Below the pieces are notes generated by a model. The model did not search any database, was not told the DNA's origin, and saw only the letters and a list, made by a program, of their open reading frames with translations. 64,000 nucleotides of DNA. Origin: an uncultured cyanobacterium. GTDB lineage: Bacteria > Cyanobacteriota > Cyanobacteriia > Cyanobacteriales > Nostocaceae. Positions 61,038-64,000 of the stretch are shown here, one piece after another (the stretch's first letter is position 1; every line of letters begins with the position of its first letter). The DNA lies in NCBI GenBank assembly GCA_963740315.1, contig CAVUDP010000002.1:1440001-1504000 (forward strand). The letters run 5' to 3'. The position numbers and the translations under genes were made by a program.

Positions 61038-61324
61038 GCGCCTGCCCGATAGCAAATAGCAGAGTAAGCAAATTAATTTGAGTGGTTATGCAATATACCG
61101 TTTTATAAATAGCTTGTCAAGCTTTTAACTGTATTCATTGGCAAGTTCAACATAGAGAAATGGCTTTCGGAGGCACCCTCATTAGACTAACTTCTAGGCT
61201 CTGACCTAATTTTTTTTTGTTATGGTGGTGCAAAGTAATTCTAAGCACTTATAGAGACGGATGAAGATTTTCTTAGAGTGCAAATTATGAATAATTATCT
61301 ATCTTTGCTACCAGGTAAATATTT

Positions 61325-63805
61325 ATGGATAAGTTAGCGAACAAAAATACTCATCTTACCTCCAGAGAACAAGCACTTATATTGTGGTTCGATGAAATTG
61401 GAATTAATGATGTTCCTATAGTTGGCGGTAAAAGTGCTTCTTTGGGAGAGATGATTGGACAATTGACTCCGAAAGGGGTTAATGTTCCCACTGGTTTTGC
61501 TACTACTGCTTATGCTTATCGTTATTTTATTCAGTCTGCGGGTTTAGAAGAAAAGCTGCGGAATCTGTTTGCGGATTTGGATGTAGATGATTTACAAAAT
61601 TTACGTATACGGGCAAAAAAAGCGCGGAAGCTGTTGTTGCATACTCCATTCCCAGCTGAATTTAGGAGTGCGATCGCGACTGCATATAAAAAATTGTGCG
61701 AGCGGTATAATGCCGATACAGATGTTGCGGTGCGCTCCAGTGCGACTGCTGAAGATTTACCAGATGCGAGTTTTGCGGGGCAGCAGGAAACTTATCTCAA
61801 CGTGACTACAGCTGAAGAAGTTTTAGCGGCAACTCATCGTTGTTTTGCTTCTTTATTTACAGATAGAGCAATTTCTTATCGACAAACCAAAGGCTTCGAT
61901 CATTTTGATGTTGCGCTCGCGGTGGGAGTGCAAAAAATGGTGCGATCGGATTTAGCAACTTCGGGGGTAATGTTTTCCATTGAAACCGAAAGTGGTTTTA
62001 AAGATGCGGCTTTGATTACAGCAGCCTATGGTTTGGGGGAGAATGTAGTTCAAGGAGCCGTAAATCCCGATGAGTATCATGTTTTTAAACCAACATTGAT
62101 AGCGGGATATCGCCCAATTATTGATAAGAGATTGGGCAGTAAAGAAATCAAAATGATTTACGATGACGGCTCGAAAAATATTAGAAATGTGCCGGTGTCG
62201 TCTGCCGAAAGAGCGAAATTTGCTTTAAACGACGAAGACATTTTACAGCTAGCGCGTTGGGCTTGTTTGATAGAAGATCATTATTCCCACGTTCATGGTA
62301 AATACACGCCGATGGATATGGAATGGGCGAAAGATGGTATTACCAACGAATTATTTATAGTCCAAGCTCGTCCAGAAACGGTACAGTCGCAGAAAATTGG
62401 GAATGTTTTGCGTAGCTATAAGTTTACAGGGGCAAGGGGACAAGGAGACAAGGAAAATATTTCTTCCCCCTCTACCCCCTCTTCCACTCTCCTGATCGCT
62501 GGGCGTGCTGTTGGGGAAGCCATTAGTAATGGAAAGGCGCGGGTAATTCTAGATATTAGTAAAATCGAACAGTTTCAAGCGGGAGAAATACTGGTAACAG
62601 ATAGAACAGACCCCGATTGGGAACCGATTATGAAAAAAGCGAGCGCGATCGTCACTAATTCGGGGGGAAGAACCTGTCACAGCGCGATAATTGCGCGAGA
62701 GTTGGGCGTACCGGCGATTGTAGGATGTGAAAATGCCACGGAGGTTTTGAAAACTTCGCAAGAGGTAACGGTTTCTTGTGCGGAAGGAGAAGAAGGTAAG
62801 GTTTATCAAGGATTGTTACCTTTTGAAGTGGAAGAAGTGCATTTAGAAGATTTACCGCGCACCCGCACGCAAATTTTAATGAATGTGGGCAATCCTCAAG
62901 AAGCATTTCGTTTATCTACGATTCCTAGTGATGGAGTTGGGTTGGCTCGGACTGAATTTATTATTGCCAATCAAATCCAGATTCATCCGATGGCTTTGCT
63001 TAATTTTGATGAGTTGGAAGATGCGTTTGTAAAGCAAAAAATCGCCAAGATAACCGAACTTTACGAGCATAAACCAGCATTTTTTGTTGATAAATTAGCT
63101 CAAGGAATTGCTCGAATTACAGCAGCTTTTTATCCGAAGCCGGTAATAGTAAGGATGTCGGATTTTAAAAGTAATGAATATGCCAATTTGTTAGGGGGAA
63201 GACAATTTGAACCCAAGGAAGAAAATCCGATGCTGGGTTGGCGGGGTGCGTCGCGTTATTATGACGATCGCTATCGCGAAGGTTTTGCGTTGGAATGTGA
63301 AGCGATTCTGCGAGTACGGGAAGAAATGGGTTTGACTAATTTGATTCCGATGATTCCCTTTTGTCGTACTCCCGGTGAAGGGCGTTTGGTAATAGAAGAA
63401 ATGGCGAAAAATGGCTTGCAGCAGGGCGTTAATGGTTTGCAGGTTTACGTGATGTGCGAGTTACCAAATAACGTCATTATGGCTGAGGAATTTGCTCAAG
63501 TTTTTGATGGTTTTTCAATTGGTTCCAATGATTTAACTCAGTTAACTTTGGGTTTAGATAGAGATTCTTCGTTGGTAGCAAGGTTATTTGACGAGCGTAG
63601 TGAAGGTGTGAAACGGATGGTGAAATTAGCTATTCAATCCGTGAAAAAGCATAACCGTAAAATTGGTATTTGCGGACAAGCACCAAGCGATTATCCGGAA
63701 TTTGCTCAGTTTTTGGTTGAGCAAGGAATTGATTCTATTAGTTTAAATCCGGATTCTGTTTTGAAGACGATGTTGGAAATTGCCAAGGTTGAGGAGAATT
63801 TGTAG
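61325..63805 (+). CDS. ppsA: phosphoenolpyruvate synthase
   Basis: VGGKSASLGEM, AVRSSATAEDLPDASFAGQQET, GGRTCHSAI (phospho-His) and DGFSIGSNDLTQ. Confidence 0.97.
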   Translation: MDKLANKNTHLTSREQALILWFDEIGINDVPIVGGKSASLGEMIGQLTPKGVNVPTGFATTAYAYRYFIQSAGLEEKLRNLFADLDVDDLQNLRIRAKKARKLLLHTPFPAEFRSAIATAYKKLCERYNADTDVAVRSSATAEDLPDASFAGQQETYLNVTTAEEVLAATHRCFASLFTDRAISYRQTKGFDHFDVALAVGVQKMVRSDLATSGVMFSIETESGFKDAALITAAYGLGENVVQGAVNPDEYHVFKPTLIAGYRPIIDKRLGSKEIKMIYDDGSKNIRNVPVSSAERAKFALNDEDILQLARWACLIEDHYSHVHGKYTPMDMEWAKDGITNELFIVQARPETVQSQKIGNVLRSYKFTGARGQGDKENISSPSTPSSTLLIAGRAVGEAISNGKARVILDISKIEQFQAGEILVTDRTDPDWEPIMKKASAIVTNSGGRTCHSAIIARELGVPAIVGCENATEVLKTSQEVTVSCAEGEEGKVYQGLLPFEVEEVHLEDLPRTRTQILMNVGNPQEAFRLSTIPSDGVGLARTEFIIANQIQIHPMALLNFDELEDAFVKQKIAKITELYEHKPAFFVDKLAQGIARITAAFYPKPVIVRMSDFKSNEYANLLGGRQFEPKEENPMLGWRGASRYYDDRYREGFALECEAILRVREEMGLTNLIPMIPFCRTPGEGRLVIEEMAKNGLQQGVNGLQVYVMCELPNNVIMAEEFAQVFDGFSIGSNDLTQLTLGLDRDSSLVARLFDERSEGVKRMVKLAIQSVKKHNRKIGICGQAPSDYPEFAQFLVEQGIDSISLNPDSVLKTMLEIAKVEENL

Positions 63806-64000
63806 AAGGTTATACGTGCCGACTTTAGTCCTCAAATTAAAAGGGCTGAAGCCCTTACTACGAACTTTGATTAATAGCTTTTTAGAAAGGATAGATTGTA
63901 GATTGTAGGTTGGGTTAGACACGAAGATTAATTTTGGTTGTAATAAGAATTGAAGTTTTCGTGTCGTAACCCAACATTTTGCATTTAAAAGAAATATAAA

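Noticed and set aside
61234..61247. NtcA-like GTA-N8-CAC upstream of ppsA
   Set aside because: Imperfect palindrome with no -10 box at the canonical spacing.

Overview
Chromosomal window from a filamentous, probably heterocyst-forming cyanobacterium (Nostocales-like). The evidence is frequent HIP1 GCGATCGC sites, heptamer STRR arrays, small dispersed repeats, patN, a HetZ-related gene and a tRNA-Leu(UAA) carrying a group I intron. The housekeeping backbone is trpC, lpdA, ferredoxins, suhB, hisZ, ycf66, gnd, an aminotransferase, ndhL, larC, a Sua5-family gene, rbfA and ppsA. Accessory blocks are: (1) a decaying AT-rich islet next to tRNA-Ser(GGA), with a caspase-GAF-like-EAL fusion split by one in-frame TGA, a relic of the small caspase-partner gene, and a MazF toxin whose antitoxin is frameshifted; (2) a dead IS630 that inserted into an STRR and was then hit by a 24-bp element at a HIP1 site; (3) an HTH-AAA_35 / two TPR paralogues / AAA_35-TM-WD40 / nuclease-LTD block; (4) a cluster of small retropepsin and antitoxin-like genes; (5) an ~11.6-kb operon of DUF11 protein, giant outer-membrane beta-barrel, beta-helix-OmpA and SdrD-repeat adhesin. 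Block 5 is the best candidate for an uncharacterised secretion or surface-display system, and its barrel has a segment reminiscent of the T9SS translocon SprA. All calls come from reading the sequence by eye and from recalled family motifs. No searches were run.
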